Of a stretch of 64,000 nucleotides of DNA, positions 1-9,719 are shown piece by piece; positions within the stretch are counted from its first letter, which is position 1; each line of letters starts with the position of its first letter. The DNA is from an uncultured Gammaproteobacteria bacterium (GTDB lineage: Bacteria > Pseudomonadota > Gammaproteobacteria > UBA9214): assembly GCA_963827755.1 (NCBI GenBank), contig CAWHCQ010000017.1, positions 46,071-110,070 on the forward strand. The letters run 5' to 3'. The translations under genes were made by a program, and so were the position numbers. The notes beneath the pieces were generated by a model. That model searched no databases, was not told the DNA's origin, and saw only the letters and a program-made list of their open reading frames with translations.

Positions 1-2
1 AT

Positions 3-395
3 ATCCGCTCCAGAAAATCGGCAGACTATGCCTTCTGGTTATATATATTCGGTGTAATTGCCTTCTGGTGCGGTCTGTCGCTGCAGCACTCGGACAGCGA
101 ACTCTCCAAACTGATTTACTTCTGTATAAACATGGGCCTCATAGGGATCGGTGCCGTGCTTGTCAGGCGGGTATTTGTCGTTTTCGGGGTACTGGGATGT
201 GCGGTATATTTTGAACACCTGGCTTCAACTATATTTGAGGATAGCTGGCTGTTCCCGATTGCGTTAACGGTGATCGGCCTGGCAATTATGTACCTCGGTA
301 TTATCTGGCAAAGACATGAGGCGGCAATAACCCGTAATATCAGGAGAGTATTGCCCGTAGAGTTGCAGGAACTGCTTTCCGAAAGAACGGGATAG
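3..395 (+). CDS. Membrane protein, C-terminal part (DUF2157-like), 5' end outside window
   Basis: Frame of ORF 132..395 is open back to position 3 (IRSRKSADYAFWLYIFGVIAFWCGLS...); several hydrophobic segments; family call from remembered motifs. Confidence 0.55.
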   Translation: MRSRKSADYAFWLYIFGVIAFWCGLSLQHSDSELSKLIYFCINMGLIGIGAVLVRRVFVVFGVLGCAVYFEHLASTIFEDSWLFPIALTVIGLAIMYLGIIWQRHEAAITRNIRRVLPVELQELLSERTG

Positions 396-486
396 CGGGC
401 AGGCATTCGGCAACCCGTTCTGCTCTACATGGGTGGCCGACACCGGGTGCGATGTTTTTCAAATAATTAATTAAAGGGCGAATACT

Positions 487-993
487 ATGGGAAAAAATAT
501 GCTGGCGATGATCATTGCTGTTGGCAGCCTTTTTGCCTTCCCGGTGCAGAGTCCCGCGACAGAGCCGCATGACCCGTCTCAACGTATCGGTTTATCGCCG
601 GATTTGCTGGCTCTTCTTGGTGAGGAGATGCGTGAAATTGCCGCAGGTGTGCAGGGCATAGCCTTGTCCCTGGCGACTGCGGACTGGAAGTCGATGGAGG
701 AAACCAGTGCGAAGATTCAGGCCAGCTACATTATGCAGAAGAAGCTTACCCCGGCCCAGGCCAGGGAACTGGAGCATGCGCTGCCCGCGGATTTCAAACG
801 GATAGATGCGGAGTTTCACCAGCGGGCAGGAAGACTGGGCCTGGCCGCAGCAGCCCATGATCCCGAGCTGGCCGCCTTCCACTATTCACGCCTGGTGGAA
901 AGCTGTGCGCTTTGTCATGCTGCCTATGCAAGGCAGCGGTTTCCGGGTTTCTCACCCATTGGACCGCAGGGCCACCACCACGCGAAACATTGA
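487..993 (+). CDS. Periplasmic cytochrome c'-like (class II) protein
   Basis: Signal peptide, helical body, single CxxCH (CALCH) near the C-terminus. Confidence 0.7.
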   Translation: MGKNMLAMIIAVGSLFAFPVQSPATEPHDPSQRIGLSPDLLALLGEEMREIAAGVQGIALSLATADWKSMEETSAKIQASYIMQKKLTPAQARELEHALPADFKRIDAEFHQRAGRLGLAAAAHDPELAAFHYSRLVESCALCHAAYARQRFPGFSPIGPQGHHHAKH

Positions 994-1062
994 CTTCCGC
1001 TGCAGGCGGCAGCCCGAATGGGCCGCCATCCTGACACCCGTTGAGGCTTTAAGGAGGAGACT

Positions 1063-1590
1063 ATGAAAAAATATATGCTTGCCGTGATTTTGAGTGGCAT
1101 CGTATTGTTCCTCTGGGGCTTCTTCTCCTGGGCCGTATTGCCCTGGCACAACACGGTTGCCAACGAATTTACAAGTGAACAGACCGTTGCCCGGGTGTTA
1201 AGGGAAAACGCACCAGGGGCCGGGGTTTATTACCTGCCTTTTGCAGAAGAGGACCGCGGGGCTGGAGAGACCGGCGCATTTGTCAATGTATTGCCCGACG
1301 GGTTTGATATGAATATGGGGAAACTGATGGGGCAGGCCTTGCTGGGGCAAATGATGGCTGCGTTCCTGGTGCTTTTGCTGCTGCGCAATACATCGGGCCT
1401 CGCGTACATGCAGCGGGTGGGTTTTGTTGCCCTGGTGGGCCTGACGATCGGCTTTGTGGGTCATTTCCCCTACTGGAACTGGTTCGGATTTTCAGCAGCG
1501 TATGTAATTGTCATAATACTCGACTCGTTAATTGCCTGGACCCTGGCAGGGCTTGTAATGGCAAGGCTTGTCGATGGTCAAAGGGCGTAA
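1063..1590 (+). CDS. Hypothetical integral membrane protein
   Basis: Strong RBS AAGGAGGAG before ATG; about 4 TM segments. Confidence 0.75.
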   Translation: MKKYMLAVILSGIVLFLWGFFSWAVLPWHNTVANEFTSEQTVARVLRENAPGAGVYYLPFAEEDRGAGETGAFVNVLPDGFDMNMGKLMGQALLGQMMAAFLVLLLLRNTSGLAYMQRVGFVALVGLTIGFVGHFPYWNWFGFSAAYVIVIILDSLIAWTLAGLVMARLVDGQRA

Positions 1591-1722
1591 CAATTAATAC
1601 ACGCCGGATGCGTGGCATGGGCGCCCGGGTTTTCTGCACCCCGGATATCCGGGTATTCAGCATGTCATCATTCAGGCAGCGTATTTATTCCATGCCAGGC
1701 AAAACAGGAGGGAAGTAGGGAA

Positions 1723-2001
1723 ATGGAAAAAAAAGACAATATGCCGATATGGGTTTTTCTCGCTTTTTCCAGTATCGAGACCAGGAAGGCGGCCTTGCTG
1801 CTGATTTCGGTCTGCGTGGTTTTTTCACTCTATTGTATTCCCTGGTCATTATTATTCACGGACAACATCTGGGTTGCGAAAATATTCCTGATCGATGACT
1901 GGAGCTGGCTTGCGATGATGATCCCGATTGTAGTCTGGTACTGGTTGAGTCTACGCTGGGTCGATAATCATTCCGGCTGGGAAGACGCCGGGCAGGATTA
2001 A
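1723..2001 (+). CDS. Small hypothetical membrane protein
   Basis: [10 protein letters not shown] start inside ORF 1612..2001 after a purine-rich RBS; Trp-rich TM segments. Confidence 0.6.
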   Translation: MEKKDNMPIWVFLAFSSIETRKAALLLISVCVVFSLYCIPWSLLFTDNIWVAKIFLIDDWSWLAMMIPIVVWYWLSLRWVDNHSGWEDAGQD

Positions 2002-2078
2002 GACGGCTTGCCAGCAAGGTATACTTGCATGTCCGCTTCCACCTGTCTGCTCCCTGCATACCCTGGCAGGCATATGCA

Positions 2079-2534
2079 GTGAATATCTGGGTCGATGCCG
2101 ATGCCTGCCCTGCGGTAATCAAGGATATCCTGTTCAGAGCTGCCGAGCGTACCGGGACCCGGTTGACGCTTGTAGCCAACCAGCCCGTGCGAATACCGCG
2201 TTCACGCTGCATTAAATTTGTTCAGGTCTCGCCTGGTTTTGATGTTGCCGACAACGAGATCGTCAGGAGGCTTGCAGCAGGTGACCTTGTTATTACCGGG
2301 GATATTCCCCTGGCATCAGAGGTGATTGAGAAAGGCGCCCATGCGCTCAATCCCCGCGGTGAATTATATTCAGCTGACAATATAAAGGCGCGCCTGAATA
2401 TGAGAGATTTTATGGACACATTGAGAGCCAGCGGAATCAACACGGGTGGCCCGCCGACGCTGAGCCAGAGTGATCGCCAGGCCTTTGCAAACAACCTGGA
2501 CAGGTTATTGACCAGGTATGCAAATAGTTCATAA
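2079..2534 (+). CDS. yaiI: YaiI/YqxD (UPF0178) family protein
   Basis: [10 protein letters not shown]-terminus, [18 protein letters not shown] motifs; GTG start at 2079. Confidence 0.9.
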   Translation: MNIWVDADACPAVIKDILFRAAERTGTRLTLVANQPVRIPRSRCIKFVQVSPGFDVADNEIVRRLAAGDLVITGDIPLASEVIEKGAHALNPRGELYSADNIKARLNMRDFMDTLRASGINTGGPPTLSQSDRQAFANNLDRLLTRYANSS

Positions 2535-2641
2535 CAAGCCGTCAAGAGGCACGCACCCTGGAATATGACGAAATAATAATAACGGAGGCCTACCCGAAAA
2601 AAGCGCGGCAACTCCGCTACCTGATCGGACTGGCAGCGATC

Positions 2642-3064
2642 ATGCTGGCCGTGGGACTGGTTGCGCCGATAGCGACATTGAACAAGTTTATTCTTGTTCA
2701 GAATACATTTTCAGTGCTATCAGGGGTGCTGGCGCTGTTCAGTGAAGGCCAGTTCTTCCTGTTCCTGCTGATAAGCTGTTTCAGTGTGCTGTTGCCGGTC
2801 CTGAAGCTCGGCGTTCTTTACCGGCTGGTCAGTCAGAATTCCACGATGCGGGAGCAGACGAAGCGCCTGTTGCACTGGATGCACCTGTACGGGAAGTGGT
2901 CGATGCTCGATGTGTTTGTGGTGGCGGTGCTGGTGGTCCTGGTGAAGCTGGGAGCGATCGCCAATGTAGAAATGCGTTACGGCCTGTATGCCTTTGCGGC
3001 ATCCGTGCTGCTGACCATGTTTGTTACGGCACGCATCGTGAGCCTGACGAGTGAACCGCACTGA
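2642..3064 (+). CDS. Paraquat-inducible protein A (PqiA) domain membrane protein
   Basis: GKWSMLDVFVVAV motif; true start may be ATG 2565 with a 1-base deletion near 2571. Confidence 0.8.
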   Translation: MLAVGLVAPIATLNKFILVQNTFSVLSGVLALFSEGQFFLFLLISCFSVLLPVLKLGVLYRLVSQNSTMREQTKRLLHWMHLYGKWSMLDVFVVAVLVVLVKLGAIANVEMRYGLYAFAASVLLTMFVTARIVSLTSEPH

Positions 3065-3404
3065 CAATGCTGCTGTAAATGCCACCCGCCAGGCTTCATT
3101 CTGCGCTGTAACAGGGCATAATTCCGACCTGAAAGGTGCAGGCCTGTGTGTCACGCACGTCCTTGTCAGGGCGCTTTTGAGTAGCCTGCCGAGTGAGCTG
3201 TAGCGGTGGATTATATTCCTGCGGCACGTGAAAAGGTGGCGCAGATATCGGCTAAAGAGTGCTACAATCGCTTGCGTTCAGGGTGGTTATTCCCCCTGTA
3301 AACCTGATGGTTACATGAGTGATGACCCGGCGCAGTCCGGGAAGTTCCTGTCCTTCAGGGGCCGGATTTATGAATATTTTGTCATGAGACTAATGGAGAA
3401 CATT

Positions 3405-3980
3405 ATGAAAGCTGTCGCAAAGGGTATTGTTTCGATTCTGCTGTTACCCCTGGCAATGGGTGCGCAAGCGGTGCTGGCCGAAGAGGGCAGCAGCAATAAA
3501 AACCCTGACCCGGTTGTGCAGGAGCAGGGCGCCATGGTCGAGGCTGCCGCAGCCATGGAGAACGAACAGGATACAGTGCAATACTCCGAGATGACAAAGG
3601 AAGAACAAAAACAATACAAGGCCGACATGAAGGCAGAAAAGAAGGCCGCACGCGAGCAGCTCAAGGCGGAAAAGAAGGCCGAACGCGAGCAGCTCAAGGC
3701 GGAAAAGAAGGCCGAACGCGAGCAGCTCAAGGCGGAAAAGAAGGCCGAACGCGAGCAGCTCAAGGCGGAAAAGAAGGCCGAACGCGAGCAGCTCAAGGCG
3801 GAGAAGAAGGCCGAACGCGAGCAGCTCAAGGCGGAAAAGAAGGCCGCACGCGAGCAGCGCAAGGCCGAAAGAAAGGCCGAACGTGATCGCCGCCGGGAAG
3901 AGCGCGAGCAAAAGAGGGCGATGAGGGAGCAGGATCCGAAGTATCGGCGCCCGATAGATGAGAGGTTCGAAGACTTCTAG
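3405..3980 (+). CDS. Secreted protein with 11-aa charged tandem repeats
   Basis: GGAG RBS, signal peptide MKAVAKGIVSILLLPLAMGAQAVLA, (KAEKKAEREQL)n. Confidence 0.75.
   Translation: MKAVAKGIVSILLLPLAMGAQAVLAEEGSSNKNPDPVVQEQGAMVEAAAAMENEQDTVQYSEMTKEEQKQYKADMKAEKKAAREQLKAEKKAEREQLKAEKKAEREQLKAEKKAEREQLKAEKKAEREQLKAEKKAEREQLKAEKKAAREQRKAERKAERDRRREEREQKRAMREQDPKYRRPIDERFEDF
3630..3893 (+). repeat. 33-bp coding tandem repeat, 7 near-identical copies plus 1 degenerate
   Basis: Unit AAGGCGGAAAAGAAGGCCGAACGCGAGCAGCTC head-to-tail, no spacers. Confidence 0.95.
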
Positions 3981-4230
3981 GTGACATCCTGCAGGGATTG
4001 CTCACCTGCAGGAAAAATCCCGGTCGTGGAACACGTGCCGGCCTGATCGGGGCACGTGAGTTCCGGGTGATCAACGACTGTATTTCACCTTCCCGGGTCG
4101 ATGTCGTTTTTTTCATCATTTGTATTCATGCAAGCTGCCACAGGGGCCAGTGCCAGCTTGCCTCGTTCATTTGCGCTGTACCGACAGCAGTATTGAAGGT
4201 ATTTCTTCAATCCAGATTCAGGGGGTTGTT

Positions 4231-4569
4231 ATGAAGGTTGCTTATATATTTTCCAGCCAGGGGCACACGGTGTCCTACAAGCTTGGCCAGATGATCCTCC
4301 CGCAGCTTGAAGCGGATGCGCATGGCGTTGACGTGGTGGGCATGTTTTTCTTTGAAGACAACACCTATGTGCTGGTAAAGGACAACCCGCTGGGGGAGCG
4401 TCTGGCAAAGGTCGCCAGTGAAAAAGGCATGTTGTTGATGGGCTGCGACAAGTGTTGCTACGAACGCGAGATCGATGGCAAGCTGGTCGACGGTGCCGTG
4501 ATCGGTTGCTTTCCGAACCTGTACGAAGCCCTTTCAGGGAATATGCCAGACCAGGTGATCACCCTGTAG
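4231..4569 (+). CDS. SaoD/DsrE family sulfur-relay-like protein
   Basis: MKVAYIF start, ILPQLE..HG.DVVGMFFF.DN, CDKCC, GCFP.LY, PDQVITL end. Confidence 0.7.
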   Translation: MKVAYIFSSQGHTVSYKLGQMILPQLEADAHGVDVVGMFFFEDNTYVLVKDNPLGERLAKVASEKGMLLMGCDKCCYEREIDGKLVDGAVIGCFPNLYEALSGNMPDQVITL

Positions 4570-4585
4570 GCTGTTTCCGGCAGAT

Positions 4586-5173
4586 TTATTCCGCGATCCT
4601 GATAAGTGTACTGTCAACGCCCTGTTTATTGAGCAACAGGCGTGTCTTGTTGAGCATATCAAGCTGTTGATAGGGGCCGACGCGCACGCGGTGATAGGTG
4701 TCGGTGTTATTGATGGTGACTGTCTGGATGCTTGTCTCAAGACCCAGCAGTATCAGTTCGGCCTTGAAGCGGTCGGCCTGTTCCCGGCTGCGGAATGAAC
4801 CCACCTGCAGATAGTAGGTGCCGGGTTGTTCAACCTGCTTGATGCCCGCCTCGGTCTTGCCCTGGATTTCCTGCTCCGGGATCACGACTTCCATCTCCGG
4901 TAACAGGGTATAAAAGTCAAAACGCGGTTTTGGCGGTGGCGGGATGACCGCCTGTTTTTCCTTGCGTGGCTCGAGTGCAGTCTGACGTGTTACCTCCGGT
5001 GCAGGGGTCTGCATGCCTGCCGCAACCGGGTGCTGACCGGCCGGCTGCATTTTTATATAGACCAGGAAGGCCACAAACAGTCCAGTACTCAGCCCGGCAA
5101 GGAGGGTTAACCAGGGCGAGACGGGCTTGCGCTTTTTCCTTCTCTGCGCCCGGTGTTTGTAGTCTCTTGGCAT
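4586..5173 (-). CDS. SPOR-domain cell division protein (FtsN-like)
   Basis: N-terminal TM, PRFDFYTLLPE, YYLQVGSF and YHRVRVGPY SPOR motifs; follows argS. Confidence 0.85.
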   Translation of the reverse strand: MPRDYKHRAQRRKKRKPVSPWLTLLAGLSTGLFVAFLVYIKMQPAGQHPVAAGMQTPAPEVTRQTALEPRKEKQAVIPPPPKPRFDFYTLLPEMEVVIPEQEIQGKTEAGIKQVEQPGTYYLQVGSFRSREQADRFKAELILLGLETSIQTVTINNTDTYHRVRVGPYQQLDMLNKTRLLLNKQGVDSTLIRIAE

Positions 5174-6933
5174 TACATCGCATCCGGGGCCGACACACCC
5201 AGCAGCCCGAGGCCGTTGGCTATCACCTGGCGTGTTGCCTCGATCAGGTTAAGCCGCGCATTGCGCAGCGCGCTGTCTTCAACCAGGAAGGTGTGTGCGT
5301 TGTAGTAGGTATGGAAATCGTTGGCCAGCTCACGCAGGTAGTGGGTCAGCTGGTGCGGTTCGTGATTAACGGCGGCAGATTCCAGTACTTCCGGGTAGCG
5401 TGACAGCCTGATCATGAGTTCCTGCTCATGTTCCTCGGACAGTAAAGAAAGCCCGGCATTGCCGGCCGCCCGGTCCCGGTCGAGCTGCTTTTCCTGCAAT
5501 TGCCGCATGACGCTCATGACGCGCGCGTGCGCATACTGGATGTAATAAACCGGGTTTTCGTTGGACCGGGACTTGGCGAGATCCAGGTCGAAGTCCATAT
5601 GCTGTTCGCATTTGCGCATCACGTAGAAAAATCGTGCTGCATCATTACCGACCTCGTTGCGAAGTTCACGCAGGGTGACAAATTCGCCGGAACGCGTCGA
5701 CATCTGAGCCTTCTCACCATTGCGATAGAGCACGGCGAACTGTACCAGCAGTACATCGAGCCGCCCCGGATCATCCCCGAGTGCCTGCAACGCCGCCTTT
5801 ACGCGCGGGATATAGCCATGGTGGTCCGCACCCCAGACATCGATGACACGGTCGTAACCGCGTTCCAGCTTGTTGGCATGGTAGGCAATATCAGAGGCGA
5901 AGTAGGTGCTCTGGCCATTGTCGCGTACCAGCACGCGGTCTTTCTCATCACCGAAACCGGTGGAACGAAACCAGAGTGCGCCGCCTTTTTCATAGACGTG
6001 GCCACTCTGTTGCAGCCGTTCAATACTCTTTTTCACGGCCCCGGATTCCGTCAGAGAACGTTCCGGGAACCAGTCGTCGTAGACCACACCGAATTCCTTC
6101 AGGTCCTGGCGGATGTTGTGCAGGATGGCATTGAGTCCCTCGTCAAAGACTTTCCTGTAGTCTTCTGCACCCAGCAGTGACCGGGCGCGCGCAATGACGG
6201 CGTCGATATGTGTTTCCTTGTCACCACCTGCCGGTTCGTCCGGCGGCACGCCGCTGAATACGTCATTGACCGGATGCCTGAAGCGCTCGCCGTGTTCACG
6301 GTGCAGCGTGGCGCCGATATCCCAGACATAGTCACCCTGGTAGCCATTGGCCGGGAACGGTATTTCTTCCCCGCAGAGTTCGAGGTAACGCAGGTAGACA
6401 CTGGCGGCGAGGATATCCATCTGCCGGCCGGCATCGTTGACGTAGTACTCGCGGTGGACTTTATAGCCAACCGCCTCCAGCAGGTCGGCGACGGCGGCGC
6501 CATAGGCGGCCCCGCGTCCATGACCCACATGCAGCGGCCCGGTGGGGTTGGCGGAGACAAACTCTACCTGGACGCGCTGGCCGTCACCGTAGTGGCTGAG
6601 GCCAAAGCGGTTGCCCTGCTCAAGGATATCGCCGATGACACTGTGCCAGGCATCCGCGCCCAGGTAAAAATTGATAAACCCCGGCCCCGCGATTTCCACT
6701 TTTTTAATGCGCTCGCCGGTTTCGATGAGGGCAACAATCTTCTCAGCCAGTTCACGTGGCTTGCTGCGTGCCGGCTTTGCCAGGGTCATGGCCAGGTTGC
6801 TGGCGAAATCACCGTGCGCACGGTCGCGGGTTCGCTCGACCGTGACGTTCGGCACGATCTCCGCCGGCAGGTCGCCGCTGGCCTGCAGCCTGGCAACGGC
6901 GTCGGCGAGTACTTGTGTGAGGTGCTGTTTCAA
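5173..6933 (-). CDS. argS: Arginine--tRNA ligase
   Basis: [18 protein letters not shown] (HIGH), [26 protein letters not shown]. Confidence 0.98.
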   Translation of the reverse strand: MKQHLTQVLADAVARLQASGDLPAEIVPNVTVERTRDRAHGDFASNLAMTLAKPARSKPRELAEKIVALIETGERIKKVEIAGPGFINFYLGADAWHSVIGDILEQGNRFGLSHYGDGQRVQVEFVSANPTGPLHVGHGRGAAYGAAVADLLEAVGYKVHREYYVNDAGRQMDILAASVYLRYLELCGEEIPFPANGYQGDYVWDIGATLHREHGERFRHPVNDVFSGVPPDEPAGGDKETHIDAVIARARSLLGAEDYRKVFDEGLNAILHNIRQDLKEFGVVYDDWFPERSLTESGAVKKSIERLQQSGHVYEKGGALWFRSTGFGDEKDRVLVRDNGQSTYFASDIAYHANKLERGYDRVIDVWGADHHGYIPRVKAALQALGDDPGRLDVLLVQFAVLYRNGEKAQMSTRSGEFVTLRELRNEVGNDAARFFYVMRKCEQHMDFDLDLAKSRSNENPVYYIQYAHARVMSVMRQLQEKQLDRDRAAGNAGLSLLSEEHEQELMIRLSRYPEVLESAAVNHEPHQLTHYLRELANDFHTYYNAHTFLVEDSALRNARLNLIEATRQVIANGLGLLGVSAPDAM

Positions 6934-7070
6934 TTAGTTTGTCTGATCGGTTGCGGGAAGGTTATCTGTATGCATGTTTGTCTGCTTTCTGAGGGCTGCC
7001 TATTATCCCGCCCAACGCTCCAGTTGCAACCGACAGTGCCGGATCCAGGAGGGTTCGATAAAATGCCTTT

Positions 7071-7101
7071 CCCGGATTGCGCTGCCCTCCACCCGGGCTA
7101 C
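7071..7101 (-). repeat. GTAG-family REP palindrome
   Basis: Minus strand reads GTAG-CCCGGGTGGAGGGCAGCGCAATCCGGG, an imperfect hairpin after a GTAG tetramer. Confidence 0.7.
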
Positions 7102-7106
7102 ACAAT

Positions 7107-7148
7107 TCACTTCTCACTTCTCACTTCTCACTTCTCACTTCTCACTTC
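7107..7148 (+). repeat. Heptamer tandem repeat (TCACTTC)x6
   Basis: Six exact copies read directly. Confidence 0.95.
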
Positions 7149-7186
7149 TGATACACTTCTGAACGGATCTCATCCGCGATAAACTC

Positions 7187-9400
7187 CTAATAGGTATCCG
7201 CCGGATCAACGTCCACGGACCAGCGCACCCGGCGGGCCAGTTTGTCCTGTTCCAGCTGGCGCACCAGCCGGCTGAGCAGCAACTGCAGATTACCGCGGCT
7301 GTCGGACTGCAGCATCAACTGGGCGCGGAAACGCCCGGCGCGGCGTTCCATGGCGGCCGCGACCGGTCCCCATACCTCGATTCGGCCGATGCCGGCTTCC
7401 TCGACCTGCGCGCGGACCGATTCGAGGAAACGCAGCGGCAGAGCCTCAGCGGTGGCCTCGGCGCGCAGCAGTGCGAGGCTGGTTACAGGGGGCAATCGCG
7501 CGGCATGTCGCTCGAGAAGTGCGGCCCGGGCAAAGGCCGGGTAGCCCTGCCTGACCAGTAATTGCAGCAGCGGGTGATCCGGGTGCCGGGTCTGGATGAC
7601 GACGTGCCCCGGGCGGTCATGGCGGCCTGCGCGCCCGGCGACCTGGACGATCAGCTGCGCCATGCGTTCGCTGGCGCGGAAATCGGTGCTGAACAGACCA
7701 TGATCGGCATCGAGGATGCCAACCAGGGTGACATTGGGGAAATGATGGCCCTTGGCAAGCATTTGTGTGCCAAGCAACAGCCGTCCATGGCCACTGCGCG
7801 CCTGCTCCAGCAGTTTGTCGAGTTCGCCCTTGCGGCGGGTGGTGTCGCGGTCGATGCGCAGCAGTTCCACGCCCGGAAAATGTTCGCCCAGTGCCTGCTC
7901 GACGCGCTCGGTGCCCTGACCCTGCGGGTGCAGGTCGCGGCCCTTGCATTCCGGGCAGTGGCTGTCGAGCGGGCGCTGGCTGCCGCAATGGTGACAATGC
8001 AGCCGGTTGTCGCGCCGGTGCCAGGTGAGATGTGCGTCGCAGCGCCGGCAGTCTGCAATCCAGCCACAGCCGTAACACATGAAGGTGGGCGCATAGCCGC
8101 GCCGGTTCAGAAACAGCAGTACCTGTCCCCCTGCATCCAGGTGGACCCGGATCCGCGCAAGCAGGTCAGCGGAGAGGCCATCTTCCAGTGCCTGTTCACG
8201 GACATCGACTATGGCGTACTCCGGCATGCACGCGACCCCGGTGCGCTCCGGCAGTGGCAGACGCCGATAGCGCTGTTGTTCAACGTTATACAGGCTCTCC
8301 AGCGAGGGGGTGGCCGTGCCGAGCAGGACGGGGATATTCAGGCGGCGTGCCCGCCACACGGCCAGGTCGCGTGCCGAGTAGCGGAAGCCTTCCTGCTGCT
8401 TCAATGACGGGTCGTGCTCTTCATCAACAATCAGCAGCCCGGGCCGCGCCAGCGGCGTGAAGATCGCCGAACGGGTGCCGATGACGATAGGTGCGAGGCC
8501 GCTGCGTGCGCGCTGCCAGGCATCGAGGCGTTCGCGCTTGCCGAGCCCGGAGTGCAGCACGGCAAGGGGTACCGCGAAACGTGACTGGAAACGTTTCACC
8601 AGTTGCGGGGTCAGGCCGATTTCAGGCACCAGCAGCAGTGCCTGCCGGCCGCGCGCGAGTACCTGCTCGATGAGCTGTATATAGACCTCGGTCTTGCCGC
8701 TGCCGGTGACGCCTTCCAGCAGAAAACCCTGAAAATGGTCCAGGTGTTCCAGCACCTCGTCAACGGCATGCTGTTGCGCCGGGTTCAGTGAGTGGCCGGG
8801 CGAGCAAGGTGCTGCCGTGGCAGTGGACTGAGTCGGTTCAGCTGGCGCCTGTTGAAAGCTTTCAATCCAGCCCTTGTCGGCCAGGGCGTGCAATACACTG
8901 GCCGGGGCATCCAGTGCCGCGCGCTCCATTCCCTGCGGGTGCCGGTGGAGTTCGGCCAGTACACTGGCCTGGCGCCGCGCGCGCTTCAGGTCGTCGGGGT
9001 CGATTCGCCGGCCGGCCTCCGTCAATCGCCAGACGGTGCTGGCGACAGCAATCGGCGCCTGCCCCTCGCGCAATAATACCGGCAACGCTGCCGCCAGCGC
9101 CTCGCCGATCGGGTACTGGTAATAGGCGCTGGCCCATTGAACCATTTCAAGAATCTCGCCACTGATGACCGGTTCCGAATCAAGAACCTCAAGTGCGGCC
9201 TTGAGTTTTTTCGGGTCGACATCGCTGTCTGCGGGCAGATCGATAAGCACGCCAATGGTCGAGCGGCGACCAAACGGAACGCGCAGGCGCATGCCGGGTT
9301 GCAGGCTGGCAAGCGCCGTGTCGGCGGGCGGCAGGTAGTCAAATTCGCGATATAAGGGTGAAGCAACGGCGACACGCAGCACGCGTTTATCGGTTGCCAT
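7187..9400 (-). CDS. priA: Primosomal protein N'
   Basis: GVTGSGKTEVY, VDEEHD, two Zn-binding Cys clusters, GTQMLAKGHHFP; start taken at MATDKRVLRVAV. Confidence 0.97.
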   Translation of the reverse strand: MATDKRVLRVAVASPLYREFDYLPPADTALASLQPGMRLRVPFGRRSTIGVLIDLPADSDVDPKKLKAALEVLDSEPVISGEILEMVQWASAYYQYPIGEALAAALPVLLREGQAPIAVASTVWRLTEAGRRIDPDDLKRARRQASVLAELHRHPQGMERAALDAPASVLHALADKGWIESFQQAPAEPTQSTATAAPCSPGHSLNPAQQHAVDEVLEHLDHFQGFLLEGVTGSGKTEVYIQLIEQVLARGRQALLLVPEIGLTPQLVKRFQSRFAVPLAVLHSGLGKRERLDAWQRARSGLAPIVIGTRSAIFTPLARPGLLIVDEEHDPSLKQQEGFRYSARDLAVWRARRLNIPVLLGTATPSLESLYNVEQQRYRRLPLPERTGVACMPEYAIVDVREQALEDGLSADLLARIRVHLDAGGQVLLFLNRRGYAPTFMCYGCGWIADCRRCDAHLTWHRRDNRLHCHHCGSQRPLDSHCPECKGRDLHPQGQGTERVEQALGEHFPGVELLRIDRDTTRRKGELDKLLEQARSGHGRLLLGTQMLAKGHHFPNVTLVGILDADHGLFSTDFRASERMAQLIVQVAGRAGRHDRPGHVVIQTRHPDHPLLQLLVRQGYPAFARAALLERHAARLPPVTSLALLRAEATAEALPLRFLESVRAQVEEAGIGRIEVWGPVAAAMERRAGRFRAQLMLQSDSRGNLQLLLSRLVRQLEQDKLARRVRWSVDVDPADTY

Positions 9401-9505
9401 CGAGACGTTCCGTATTGCCCCGAAAAGGGTTGAATTTAGGGTGCATGGCTGAGAGTCTTTGTTACCAAGTGAAGCTAACTCCTTCATCTGACTGGGGCCG
9501 CTTTT

Positions 9506-9719
9506 TTATCCACAAACTCTGTGGATAACTCTGTGGATGAATGCCGTTATCGTGTTTTTTATGCCTATTTTTCCAGCATGAGCGTTAAATTGAACACATT
9601 TTATCCCTTGGAAAAATTCCATTTAAAAACAATAACTAACAGTTAATTATAAGTTTCTTATATACTATTGTTGGCCGGTTTGTTGCGCGAAAACATCGCA
9701 TCCCCTTGACTGTGAATAA
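9506..9719. promoter_or_regulatory. DnaA-box cluster (DARS-like core) with AT-rich flank
   Basis: TTATCCACA 9506-9514, TGTGGATAA 9520-9528, TGTGGATGA 9532-9540, TGTGAATAA 9711-9719. Confidence 0.75.

Noticed and set aside
3630-3893. 33-bp repeats as a CRISPR array
   Set aside because: Units are contiguous with no spacers, in frame within an ORF, and no cas genes are present
9506-9719. oriC call for the priA-upstream DnaA boxes
   Set aside because: Only about four boxes, no GATC cluster and no dnaA/gidA context; geometry fits DARS better; GC skew could not be computed
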